Made by a program: the position numbers and the translations under genes. Below the pieces are notes generated by a model. That model did not search any database and had not been told where the DNA came from. It saw only the letters and a program-made list of their open reading frames with translations. From contig NW_027362765.1 of NCBI RefSeq assembly GCF_046119375.1, positions 378,696,001-378,760,000 on the forward strand: a stretch of DNA of 64,000 nucleotides, written 5' to 3'. Below, in pieces: positions 37,173 through 50,329 of the stretch (positions are counted from its first letter, which is position 1; each line of letters opens with the position of its first letter). Source of the stretch: Phyllobates terribilis (taxonomy: Eukaryota).

Positions 37173-38091
37173 TGCAAATCGTGCACTTTAAGTCCTCCCG
37201 GATTTGCCTAGTTTATCCATAGAATTTGAGCTCCGGGCACAAGAGACACTTTCTGTTCCCACAGAGACCAATCATGCAAGGACCGTTCTAGTCCATTTGG
37301 CGGCCAGGACATATGTACCCATGATCCATGGGGCCCCTGGTGAGAGGTTAGCCTAGCTGGGCACGGTCCACTTCTGCATGGGTGGCATGAAACTGTGTAT
37401 TTCTAATAGAGAGTGAAGTACTGGTCAAGGGTCAAATCACCCTTTAGTCCCATAAGGTCGAAGAGGAGCAACCATTGAGCCTCTTTCTCCTTATATATTT
37501 CCTAATCTTTACACTAGGATATGTGGAGATCCAGAGAAAGAAGGGCCTGGCATCCCTTCGGCATATCCCTTTGGCTTCCGACCATCCTTATTCGTAATAA
37601 GGAAGGCCCCCGAACGTTTTACCCTAATTGACTGAGAAGTGATGGACCATCCTAATGTTTTGCCATCACTTTCTACCCTATAAAGGGAGTGAATACTTTT
37701 GCAATCCTTTATTATTGCTCCAGATTATCTGGAATCTCGGTTTTGTGTCTGCAGCTCCCATGCAGATTTATGAATCATTACAGACTGACAAACATACCCT
37801 ATGTCTGATCTGGCACCGATGTGATGTGCAATAGTCAGCCTCTCTCTACCCTAAAAAGCTGATAGCAGAGGACAATAGACTGCATTCAACTGCACCACAA
37901 ATAGCACACAGCACATAATGGAATAGGGAGGGGTCCATCTGGAATAAAAGCCATGATCGGGGCCGGCTCCATTGGCCCTCCGGCCACCTCACCCTCAACT
38001 TCACAAGCATAATAGTAATTTTCTCCTTTACACTAGTCTAGATGTATATATTAAATGCATCCCTAAAAGAATGATGTACAGCGAAACCTAA

Positions 38092-38780
38092 CCCCTTAGC
38101 GTCAGTGCAATTTTTCATTTTTGAGCGTCTCTTTTTTGTGTTCTTCTCCTTTCCTTATTTTTCTGCCAAAATAGTCGGATGAGGGATTCTTTTTTTTTTT
38201 TTCTTTGCAGGACTAGTTGTAGTTTTCAATTACATCATTTATTTTACCATTGAAAAATGGGGAAAAAAAAAATAAAAAGCAGTAAAATAAAAAAAAATTA
38301 AAAAAACATGATTCCGCCATTGTTTTTTTTTTTTTTTAAATTTTACAGCCTTCATTTTGTGGCATAAGTGACTTGCAACATGATTCTCTGTGTCAGTACG
38401 GTGACGCTGATCTCACACTTGTATACACTTAAGTGGTGCATAAAAATGTAGAATTTTGTAAAAAAAAGTTTGGTTTGTGATTCCATTGCCTGAAACCAGT
38501 AATTTTTCTTTTTACATATTTTTCAGATTATAGTGTTTATTATTTGTATCAAATTAAATTTTGATAGATCAGACTTTTACGGACGTGGCGATACCAAGAA
38601 TGTCTATTTTTTCTTTATAATTAATGGGGGAAAAGGTGTCTTTGTGTCGGAGGGGTGATTCGGATTGTTATTTTCTCATTTTTTTTTAAACCTTTTTATT
38701 TTTTTGCTTTATATTTTAGTCCTCTTAGAGGACTTGAACCTGCGATCGTCTGATCGCTTATAACAGCTGAAGTTCAGCCA
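38092..38780. mobile_element. Non-autonomous, possibly piggyBac-like repeat fragment
   Basis: Begins ctaa-ccccttag; A/T-tract internal sequence shared with other fragments in the window. Confidence 0.35.
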
Positions 38781-39475
38781 CAAGTTGGATATCACTGGGA
38801 GTACAAAGATGACAGTCGTGGTGACGTACCAGTATGTGTCATAGCAGGAAGGTGTTAAGGGCGTTTTCTTCTATTAAAATGTAATGTGTCTGCCATACCA
38901 ATCAGTCCCGTAAAGTGCAGCTACCCTCATTCATCACAAGCTTAAATGGCTATTTATGAACATACCAGGCTAATATGTATGGGAACTGTCCTGATTCTTA
39001 TGCTCAGTAGCTTGGCACCCACTCTTTTTGAATGGGTAGTTCCTTTTCATAAGTATTCTGCCAGCACTATGGGTGCTGGAACGTCCTTTCCCTTCACTTC
39101 ACAGCATTCACTGCATAAGAGCATGAGCAGAGAGAAAGAAAAACCCGCCCTCATTTCCTGTAGAGAGATAAAGACCCCGACTCATTTCCTGTATTCCTTC
39201 TTGGTGTCTTCGCTGTTGTAGTTGGATTACACTTCGCAACAGGCAGCGGGCAGCAAGCTACACAGAAGAGAGACATCTAGTGGATGATTTTCAGGGGTAA
39301 GAAAACATAACTTTTAAATAAAGTGACTAGTTCGTTGACATCAAAATCGCAGTTCAGGAAGAGGAGATATAGGGCGCTGTTTGCTAAATTGACTTCCTAA
39401 CTTTTTTTGTACACTGCTAGGAATGCTGAGTTATGAAGCAAGCTCTGAAGAGAGACTGTGAGCCAATAGAGAGCG

Positions 39476-40115
39476 CCAGCAGAATAGTGAGTGCAGCTCT
39501 GGAGTATAATACAGGATATAACTCTGGATCAGCAATGTAATGTATGTACACAGTTACTCCACCAGCAGAATAGTGAGTGCAGCTCTGGAGTATAATACAG
39601 GATGTAACTCAGGATCAGTACAGGATCAGTAATGTAATGTATGTACACAGTGACTCCACCAGCAGAATAGTGAGTGCAGCTCTGGAGTATAATACAGGAT
39701 GTAACTTAGGATCATTACAGGATCAGTAATGTAATGCATGTACACGGTGACTCCACCAGCAGAATAGTGAGTGCAGCTCTGGATTATAATACAGGATGTA
39801 ACTCAGGATCAGTACAGGATCAGTAATGTAATGTATGTACACAGTGACTGCACCAGCAGAATAGTGAGTGCAGCTCTCGAGTATAATACAGGATGTAACT
39901 CAGGATCAGTACAGGATCAGTAATGTAATGTATGTACACAGTGACTGCACCAGCAGAATAGTGAGTGCAGCTCTGGAGTATAATACAGGATGTAACTCAA
40001 GATCAGTAATGTAATGTATGTACACAGTTACTGCACCAGCAGAATAGTGAGTGCAGCTCTGTAGTATAATACAGGATATAACTCAGGACCAGTACAGGAT
40101 CAGTAATGTAATGTA
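39476..40115. repeat. 97/86-bp satellite, left part
   Basis: Unit cagcagaatagtgagtgcagctctggagtataatacaggatgtaactcaggatcagt(acaggatcagt)aatgtaatgtatgtacacagtgact. Confidence 0.95.
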
Positions 40116-41744
40116 CAGTACAGACCAAAAGTTTGGACACACCTTCTCATTCAAAGATTTTTTTGTATTTTCATGACTATGAAAATTGTACATTCACACT
40201 GAAGGCATCAAAACTATGAATTAACACATGTGGAATTAAATACTTAACAAAAAGGTGTGAAACAACTGAAAATATGTCTTATATTCTAGGTTCTTCACAG
40301 TAGCCACCTTTTGCTTTGATGACTGCTTTGCACATTCTTGGCATTCTCTTGATGAGCTTCAAGAGGTAGTCACCGGAAATGGTCTTCCAACAATCTTGAA
40401 GGAGTTCCCAGAGATGCTTAGCACTTGTTGGCCCTTTTGCCTTCACTCTGCGGTCCAGCTCACCCCAAACCATCTCGATTGGGTTCAGGTCTGGTGACTG
40501 TGGAGGCCAGGTCATCTGGCGTAGCACCCCATCACTCTCCTTCTTGGTCAAATAGCCCTTACACAGCCTGGAGGGGTGTTTGGGGTCATTGTCCTGTTGA
40601 AAAATAAATGATGGTCCAACTAAACGCAAACCGGATGGAATAGCATGCCGCTGCCAGATGCTGTGGTAGCCATGCTGGTTCAGTATGCCTTCAATTTTGA
40701 ATAAATCCCCAACAGTGTCTCCAGCAGAGCACCCCCACACCATCACACCTCCTCCTCCATGCTTCACGGTGGGAACCAGGCATGTAGAGTCCATCCGTTC
40801 ACCTTTTCTGCGTCGCACAAAGACACGGTGGTTGGAACCAAAGATCTCAAATTTGGACTCATCAGACCAAAGCACAGATTTCCACTGGTCTAATGTCCAT
40901 TCCTTGTGTTCTTTAGCCCAAACAAGTCTCTTCTGCTTGTTGCCTGTCCTTAGCAGTGGTTTCCTAGCAGCTATTTTACCATGAAGGCCTGCTGCACAAA
41001 GTCTCCTCTTAACAGTTGTTGTAGAGATGTGTCTGCTGCTAGAACTCTGTGTGGCATTGACCTGGTCTCTAATCTGAGCTGCTGTTAACCTGCGATTTCT
41101 GAGGCTGGTGACTCAGATAAACTTATCCTCAGAAGCAGAGGTGACTCTTGGTCTTCCTTTCCTGGGGCGGTCCTCATGTGAGCCAGTTTCTTTGTAGCGC
41201 TTGATGGTTTTTGCAACTGCACTTGGGGACACTTTCAAAGTTTTCCCAATTTTTCGGACTGACTGACCTTCATTTCTTAAAGTAACGATGGCCACTCGTT
41301 TTTCTTTACTTAGCTGCTTTTTTCTTGCCATAATACAAATTCTAACAGTCTATTCAGTAGGACTATCAGCTGTGTATCCACCAGACTTCTGCACAACACA
41401 ACTGATGGTCCCAACCCCATTTATAAGGCAAGAAATCCCACTTATTAAACCTGACAGGGCTCACCTGTGAAGTGAAAACCATTTCCGGTGACTACCTCTT
41501 GAAGCTCATCAAGAGAATGCCAAGAGTGTGCAAAGCAGTCATCAAAGCAAAAGGTGGCTACTTTGAAGAACCTAGAATATAAGACATATTTTCAGTTGTT
41601 TCACACTTTTTTTTAAGTATATAATTCCACATGTGTTAATTCATAGTTTTGATGCCTTCAGTGTGAATGTACAATTTTCAAAGTCATGAAAATACAGAGA
41701 AATCTTTAAATGAGAAGGTGTGTCCAAACTTTTGGTCTGTACTG
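40116..41744 (-). mobile_element. DD38E (Intruder-type) Tc1/mariner element, copy A
   Basis: About 268-bp TIRs and a TA TSD; ORF 40279-41331 (1053 nt) with a single TGA at 41113-41115; 38 residues between QQD and PIE. Confidence 0.95.
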
Positions 41745-41746
41745 TA

Positions 41747-42146
41747 TGTACACAGTGACTCCACCAGCAGAATAGTGAGTGCTGCTCTGGAGTATAATAC
41801 AGGATGTAACTCAGGATCAGTAATGTAATGTATGTACACAGTGACTCCACCAGCAGAATAGTGAGTGCAGCTCTGGAGTATAATACAGGATGTAACTCAG
41901 GATCAGTAATGTAATGTATGTACACAGTGACTCCACCAGCAGAATAGTGAGTGCAGCTCTGGAGTATAATACAGGATGTAACTCAGGATCAGTAATGTAA
42001 TGTATGTACACAGTGACTGCACCAGCAGAATAGTGAGTGCAGCTCTGGAGTATAATACAGGATGTAACTCAGGATCAGTAATGTAATGTATGTACACAGT
42101 GACACCACCAGCAGAATAGTGAGTGCCGCTCTGGAGTATAATACAA
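41747..42146. repeat. 97/86-bp satellite, right part (86-bp units)
   Basis: Resumes in register after the TA TSD. Confidence 0.95.
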
Positions 42147-43104
42147 GCTGTCACCCAGGAACTGCATAAAAGCAGGTGTAAGGGCTCTAGTCAGTGTAGA
42201 GATAGAAATTGACACAAACTGTATGTAACTCTTGACACAGGACAGCAGCATAAAATAATCTGAAGATGTAAAGTTGCAGTGTAAACAATCCAAGCACCAA
42301 AGTGATGTAAAATATGAACAAGGGCAGTAACACCACGACCGCCATCCTTTCTACCAGGACAGGCATCGCTGCAGGTGCATATGGGACTTCAATCTCTCTT
42401 CTCCATTACAATGCAGAGGCAACACAGGAGATAATTTTGCAAATAGTTTACATGCAGATGCTTTCCTACCGTTTTGTGTATGCAGCTCCTGTGCAGACTT
42501 GTGTGTTTTCATGGTTGAAGACTACAAATAATCTGTTTTCTCTTATCTTTTTAACTTTTCTATTATCTTTAGGTATTCAAGAAGAGCGCAAGGGAGGAAG
42601 TGGAGAGCCCACAACTGAGGATCAGACTACAAACATGGTTTGTTTGTAGTCTGTTACCATGGCAATGCATAGGTTGGTACAGTAACTGTATACAAAATGG
42701 TAATTTAAAAATAAAAATAAGACTAATTATTTTTTTTTACAATTGTTGTATATTATTTTAGGTACTTTGAAGCAATTAACTCTCCCTCCACACACTACCG
42801 TGCTATCCCTAAAATGGTCACTAGAGGAAAATATGGCAGGCACTCAACGGTAGATGTTTGGTGCTCCGTGGTAGTGGAGATACAGGTGATGATAAATGCC
42901 ACAGCACTCATATAAATCCAAATATACGTATTTATTAATATAGCATGCGTCTGTACAGAAGAGCGCCAACATTTCGGTCAACAGACCTTTTTCATGAGAA
43001 ACATAAGAATATAAAATGCAAAATTGCATGAGAAAAAAATCATACAGAAAAAAATCATACAGAAAATTCTGTATGATTTTTTTCACATGCAGTTTTGTAT
43101 TATA

Positions 43105-44657
43105 CAGTGGGGAGTTTTCCCAATTACAAAGAATACTTCACCTGTGAGAGACAGAATCTAAGAAAAACAGAAAATCACATTGTATGATTTTTACATAATT
43201 AATTTGCATTTTATTGCATTAAATAAGTATTTGATACAATAGAACAACAGAACTTAATATTTGGTACAGAAACCTTTGTTTGCAATTACAGAGGTCAGAC
43301 GTTTCCTGTCGTTCTTGACCCAGTTTGCACACACTGCAGCAGGGATTTTGGCCCACTCCTCCATACAGATCTTCTCCAGATCTTTCAGGTTTTGGAGCTG
43401 TCACTGGGCAACATTGAGTTTCAGCTCCCTTCAAAGATTTTCTCTTGGGTTCAGGTCTGGAGACTGGCTAGGCCACTCTAGGACCTTAAAATGCTTCGTA
43501 CGGATACACTCCTTAGTTGCCCTGGCTGTGTGTTTCAGGTCACTGTGATGCTGGAAGACTCAATCATGACCCATCTTCAATGATCTTACTGAGGGAAGGA
43601 GGTTGTTGGCCAAAATCTTGAGATACATGACCCCATCCATCCTCCGTTCAATACTGTGCAGTCGTCTTGTCCCCTTTGCAGAAAATCATCCACAAAGTAT
43701 GATGTTTCCCCCACCATGCTTCACAGTTGGGACAGTGTTCTTGGGGTTGTACTCATCCTTCTTCTTCCTCCAAATATGGCGAGTGGAGTTAATAGCAAAA
43801 ACTTCTATTTTGGTCACATTTGACCACATGACCTTCTCCCATGCCTCCTCTGGATCATCCAGATGGTCAATGGCGAGCTTCAAAGGGGCCTGGACATGTG
43901 CTGGCGTCAGCAGGGGGACCTTGCGTGCCCTGCAGGATTTTAATCCATGACGACGTAGTGTGTTACTAACGGTAATGTTTGACACTGTGGTCCCAGCTCT
44001 CTTCAGGTCATTGACCAGGTACTCCCATGTAGGTCTGGGCAGATTCCTGACCTTTCTCAGAATCACGAAGTGAGATCTTGCATGGACTCCCGACTGAGGA
44101 AGATTGACAGTCATCTTGTGTTTCTTCCATTTTTTTAATAAGTGTGCCCATTTTCTAATAATTGTGCCAACAGTGCCTTCTCACCAAGCTGCTTGCCTAT
44201 TGTCCTGTAGCCCATCCCAGCCTTGTGCAGGTTTACAATTTTGTCCCTGGTGTCCTTAGACAGCTCTTTGGTCTTGGCCATGGTGGAGAGGTTGGAGTGT
44301 GACTGAGTGTATGCACAGGTGTCTTTTATACAGGTAACGTGTTCAAACAGGTGCAATTAATACAGGTAATGAGTGCAGGGAGCTTCTTAAATGAGTAGGA
44401 GAGCTTCTTAAAGAAAAACTAACAGGTCTGTGAGAGACAGAATTCTTTCTGGTTGGTCGGTGATCAAACAGTTATTTCATGCAATAAAATGCTAATTAAT
44501 TATGAAAAATCATACAATGTGATTTTCTGTTTCTTATTTTTAGATTCTGTCTCTCACAGGTGAAGTATACCTACGATAAAAATTACAGCCCTCTCCATTC
44601 TTTGCAGGTGGGAAAACTGGCAAAATTGGCAGTGTATCATACTTATATTCCTCACTG
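43105..44657 (-). mobile_element. Decayed Tc1 element
   Basis: TA-cagtgggg...cctcactg-TA; transposase remnants [16 protein letters not shown] and [10 protein letters not shown] at 43254-44281 with frameshifts. Confidence 0.85.
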
Positions 44658-44676
44658 TATATTCTTATGTTTCTCA

Positions 44677-44736
<60 letters not shown>

Positions 44737-44744
44737 TATATATA

Positions 44745-45120
44745 CAGCTCTGGCAAAAATTAAGAGACCACTGAACAGTTTTCTATTGGAAAGTATGGGA
44801 AGACTGGTGGAAAGCAGCCAAGATGCATGAAAGCTGTGATTAAAAATCATGGTTAGTCCATCAAATATTGATTTCTGAACTGTTCCTGAGTTAAAACATG
44901 AGTAATTTGAGGTCCGAAAGCACTGGTTCTTTTTTAGTATTTTGACTCTTTATCATTTGCTGCAAATAAATACAAAATTTTTAGCTTTGAATTTCGGAGA
45001 CATGTTGTCAATAGTTTATAGAATAAAACAACAATGTACATCTTACTCAAAAATATATCTATAAAGAGAAAAATCAGAGAAAATGAAAATTTTGCAGTGG
45101 TCTCTTAATTTTTGCCAGAG

Positions 45121-45123
<3 letters not shown>
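44745..45123 (+). mobile_element. Tc1 deletion derivative (MITE-like) within (TA)n
   Basis: Perfect 29-bp TIRs (cagctctggcaaaaattaagagaccactg); remnant of the transposase C-terminus; (TA)n at 44689-44744 and 45124-45192. Confidence 0.9.
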
Positions 45124-45196
<73 letters not shown>

Positions 45197-46619
45197 TGCA
45201 GGCCTCTTCTGTACAGACGCATGCTGTATTAATAACTACATATATCATTTAGATCTCTATGAGTGATGTGACATTTATCATCACCTAAAATGGTCCCTAG
45301 ACCTGCCCCATGCTTTCCCCTCTAGTAAACACGACCCCTTTAATCTTTTGTTTTTGAGCCTCTTAATTTCTCTTCTTAATTTTTCCTGGAAGTGGCCGTT
45401 CGGATGGCATCAGTTGCTCCCGGATAACTGCGTAAATCCTCCATTAATTACCAAATCCCTCTCCTGTCAATCACTCGTGATTTTCATCTAACGATTTTGC
45501 TACCGCTGCCGTTTTCCTCCCATGTCGCCGCCTCTGCTCCTTATTTGGAGGCAGCTTATTTAAAAAAAAAAAAATCTGAGGTTTCTGCAATGTCGCCGGC
45601 TCTATAAACTTTCTCTGTGACGCTCACAAGACCCGACAGATGGTGGCCTCTCTGCCTCTTTAAGCAGATAAATGAATTTCGCAATTTCCTAAAGCTGCAA
45701 ATGTAGGGACTGGTGTGATATGAAGACGTGTATCCGATGCCAGACGTCACATAACAGTGAGACAAAGACTAATCTGCAGCGGAGGAATAGGGGGGACCGG
45801 AGGGAGGATCAGGGGCAGATAGCGATGTAGCAGAGCTCAATTTGTCACTTAATTCTCCGAGTCTGTGTGACGTAAAGATTTAACAGCAGTCCTATGTAAA
45901 ATCGTAACAATCGCAATACAAAGTAAGCGCTGCGCGTCTGACAATCTCAACTCAGGTACATCTGTAACGACACTGCATGCAGGGGCGCTAGTTCTAGACG
46001 ACAAAGTTGTGCCAAGTTTATGGAGAAAAATGGAGGATAACCGCAGTCGTCAGCCATAGGACGTGGGTAGAAAGACTGGGCAACCCGCTTCAAAATGCAA
46101 ACCATCAGGCAAAATAATAAATTACATAGTGGCCATTTATACTTATGGACGTCTATGTAAGCTGCTTGTATAGCTCGGCTCTATGTCCCAAGTGAGGGAC
46201 TCTGCTCTATGATGTCCATATACCCCTATAGAGCGTATGGCCAGGGGTTGTCTTTATGACTTAACCGCTTTAACCAACTTCTATTCATATCCATCCTGGA
46301 AGCTGAGATATAGGGAGCTGTTTGCAGATTCCTCTTCAGAGGTGATATAAACATTATAGCGAATAGTGTGAGGTCCTTGCACGCAACACCCAGTGTCTTT
46401 CCTTCCTCATCGTCAGTGTAATATGATGGATTTTGACAAATAGCGGCTCCTCTGGATCACTAGATTTTTCTTGTGTTTCACAATTTCATCAGGGATAGCT
46501 AATACGGTCTGTCAGGACAAGAATGGCGCAAAAAGCAGCCTAGATCTCAGCTTGTTGTGAGCATATTCAGACAACTCAAAAACACGATCCGAGTATGGAC
46601 CGTAATTTATTTACATGTA

Positions 46620-47118
46620 CACTACCGTTCAAAAGTTTGGGGTAATTTAGAAATTTCATTATTTTTTAAAGAAAAGCACATTTTTTTTCAATGAAGCTAA
46701 CATTAAATGAATCAGAAATACACTCTATACATTGTTAATGTGGTAAATGACTATTCTAGCTGCAAACGTCTTGTTTTTATTGCAATAACTACATAGGTGT
46801 ATAGAGGCCCATTTCCAACAACCACCACTCCAGTGTTTTAATGGTACATTGTGTTTGATAACTGTGTAAGAAGCTAATGGATGTTTAGAAAACCCTAGAA
46901 AACCCTTGCACAAGTATGTTAGCCCAGCTGAAAATGGTTTGGCTGATTTGAGAAGCTATAAAATTGACCTTCCTTTGAGCTAGTTTAGAATCTGGAGCAT
47001 TACATTTGTTTGTTCTATGAAACTCTCAAAATGGCCAGAAAAAGAGAACTTTCATGTGAAACTCAACAGTCTATTCTTGTTCTTAGAAATGAAGGCTATT
47101 CCATGCGAGAAACTGGCA
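46620..47118 (+). mobile_element. 5' fragment of a Tc1-family element
   Basis: TA-cactaccgttcaaaagtttgggg; N-terminus MARKRELSCETQQSILVLRNEGYSMRE, truncated at a (TA)n tract. Confidence 0.75.
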
Positions 47119-47175
<57 letters not shown>

Positions 47176-47178
<3 letters not shown>

Positions 47179-48805
47179 TACAGACCAAAAGTTTGGACAC
47201 ACCTTCTCATTTAAAGATTTTTCTGTATTTTCATGACTTTGAAAATTTTACATTCACACTGAAGGCATCAAAACTATGAATTACCACATGTGGAATTATA
47301 TACTTAACAAAAAAGTGTGAAACAACTGAAAATATGTCTTATATTCTAGGTTCTTCAAAGTAGCCACCTTTTGCTTTGATGACTGCTTTGCACACTCTTG
47401 GCATTCTCTTGATGAGCTTCAAGAGGTAGTCACTGGAAATGGTCTTCCAACAATCTTGAAGGAGTTCCCAGAGATACTTAGCACTTGTTGGCCCTTTTGC
47501 CTTCACTCTGCGGTCCAGCTCACCCCAAACCATCTCGATTGGGTTCAGGCCTGGTGACTATGGAGGCCAGGTCATCTGGCGTAGCACCCCATCACTCTCC
47601 TTCTTGGTCAAATAGCCCTTACACAGCCTGGAGGTGTGTTTGGGGTCATTGTCCTGTTGAAAAATAAATGATGGTCCAACTAAACGCAAACTGGATGGAA
47701 TAGCATGCCGCTGCAAGATGCTGTGGTAGCCGTGCTGGTTCAGTATGCCTTCAATTTTGAATAAATCCCCAACAGTGTCACCAGCAAAGCACCCCCACAC
47801 CATCACACCTCCTCCTCCATGCTTCACGGTGGGAACCAGGCATGTAGAGTCCATCCTTTCACCTTTTCTGCGTCGCACAAAGACACGGTGGTTGGAACCA
47901 AAGATCTCAAATTTGGACTCATCAGACCAAAGCACAGATTTCCACTGGTCTAATGTCCATTCCTTGTGTTCTTTAGCCCAAACAAGTCTCTTCTGCTTGT
48001 TGCCTGTCCTTAGCAGTGGTTTCCTAGCAGCTATTTTACCATGAAGGCCTGCTGCACAAAGTCTCCTCTTAACAGTTGTTGTAGAGATGTGTCTGCTGCT
48101 AGAACTCTGTGTGGCATTGATCTGGTCTCTAATCTGAGCTGCTGTTAACCTGCGATTTCTGAGGCTGGTGACTCGGATAAACTTATCCTCAGAAGCAGAG
48201 GTGACTCTTGGTCTTCCTTTCCTGGGGCGGTTCTCATGTGAGCCAGTTTCTTTGTAGCTCTTGATGGTTTTTGCAACTGCACTTGGGGACACTTTCAAAG
48301 TTTTCTCAATTTTTCGCACTGACTGACCTTCATTTCTTAAAGTAATGATGGCCACTCGTTTTTCTTTACTTAGCTGCTTTTTTCTTGCCATAATACAAAT
48401 TCTAACAGTCTATTCAGTAGGACTATCAGCTGTGTATCCACCTGACTTCTGCACAACACAACTGATGGTCCCAACCCCATTTATAAGGCAAGAAATCCCA
48501 CTTATTAAACCTGACAGGGCACACCTGTGAAGTAAAAACCATTTCCGGTGACTACCTCTTGAAGCTCATCAAGAGAATGCCAAGAGTGTGCAAAGCAGTC
48601 ATCAAAGCAAAAGGTGGCTACTTTGAAGAACCTAGAATATAAGACATATTTTCAGTTGTTTCACACTTTTTTGTTAAGTATATAATTCCACATGTGTTAA
48701 TTCATAGTTTTGATGCCTTCAGTGTGAATGTACAATTTTCATAGTCATGAAAATACAGAAAAATCTTTAAATGAGAAGGTGTGTCCAAACTTTTGGTCTG
48801 TACTG
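47176..48805 (-). mobile_element. DD38E (Intruder-type) Tc1/mariner element, copy B
   Basis: Nearly identical to copy A; ORF 47339-48391 with a single TAG at 47558-47560; TA TSD in a TA-rich tract. Confidence 0.95.
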
Positions 48806-50329
48806 TATATACAGACCACATTTATATTTATATATATATATTTATATATATTATACACATTTATATTTATTTATATATATATACATTGGTATGTGTCTGT
48901 ATCTGTATACCAGTCTGTAGCAATGGGGTATAAATGTCTGCATCACTATATATGAAGGTAAGGCAAACTTGGAAATGCACATGGCTGAAGTTGCCCATGG
49001 CAACCAATCACAGTGCAGCTTTCATCTTTTAAACAGCTCTGGTAAAAAGAAAGCTGTGCTGTGATTGGTTACTATGGGTAACCATTCATGAATGTGCTAT
49101 CCAGAGGGTGACATCCAAAATGGCTTCCATTTGCCTCACTTTGAGCAATACAGAATGGGGCTGTGTACACCGATCACCGATTTGCTGTAGTGACAGTCTT
49201 TATGGGACAGTAATGGTGGCTGGGCCCTATTGGTTGTCAATTAGACTTTTCCAAAACCTTAATAATTTGACAAAAGGGTGGTACCGCAAGGAAGCACATG
49301 GCATATGCAAATGCATTTCTCTAAGCTAATTGGCTAGTAATGATCACCTGATTGGAGATGGGCATTAAGTGCTACTGTTACGCCCTAAGATCTCTAATTG
49401 TTAGACGTGTCATTTATATCTTGTACTGACCCTGAATTATACATTATTTTCTCCTCTATTCAGGTGTAAAACTAAATTCAGGATTTTTCTCTTTAATTTC
49501 TAGGAAGCAGTGCATTGTGGGAGCTCAGGCGGCAGTTACATAGTTAGAACTCAGTTGTTAGGTCAGATGACTGACAGGGGGCGGAGCTAGAATAGTGTCC
49601 GCTTTCAATGGCTGCCATCAGCTCCGTATACAAGTGAATAAAAAGACTTGAAATAACACAAAATCTGTGCAAAAACAGTCCAGTGATGTAATTACAAAGT
49701 GTCTTGGCACAATGTATAGATTACAACAGTGAAATATCGGTAAAAATGGAATTCACCTTAAAGTGTGTGAAAAAAATGTATATACAGTATATAGCAAGAA
49801 AATCCACGCGGCTGTTAGAGGAGAGCGCCGCCACTTTAGATGATGTAGCTATTTTCCATTAGACTGTAAGCTCCGGAGGGCAGGGATCTCCAGCAAATAT
49901 TTGCGGTTTTAGCTTGTGTTTGCCTATGGAGCTCTATCAACACGAGCGGCGGCAATATTTACGCATATTGTATATCGCTGACATCACCAGTATGGAGGAA
50001 CGAGTCCGACCATTGTACTGTATGTCTTCTACACTGACGTCTTGGTGGCGCTAATAATACGAGAAGTAGAAAATATACAAATACGTCGCAACAGGAGGCT
50101 GGTAAATAATGCCGCCATAACACAGCGCACATGCAAAGCAGAGGCACGGGGTGCGGGGATAATCCCCATGACCAACGCATAGGAAAATAACAGAGGCAAG
50201 AGCGTATCCATCATTATAGCCATTATCATATGGCGCCAACATACTCCATAGCGTAGTAAACAAATCATATACTGGACCGAATATATGTGTATACAAAGCT
50301 CATTGTGAACAAAAATATCAGGACTGTTT

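Noticed and set aside
42570-42640. Apparent + strand exon after a strong polypyrimidine tract (GIQEERKGGSGEPTTEDQ)
   Set aside because: Weak donor, no partner exons, and it overlaps a cagactacaaac/gtttgtagtctg hairpin that looks repeat-derived.
45539-45548. Perfect CArG box and a nearby CTCF-like motif
   Set aside because: Several such matches are expected by chance in 64 kb, and there is no independent support.
49959-50296. Cluster of 73-81-aa ORFs in CpG-containing unique DNA
   Set aside because: No recognisable homology, splice structure or consistent frame.
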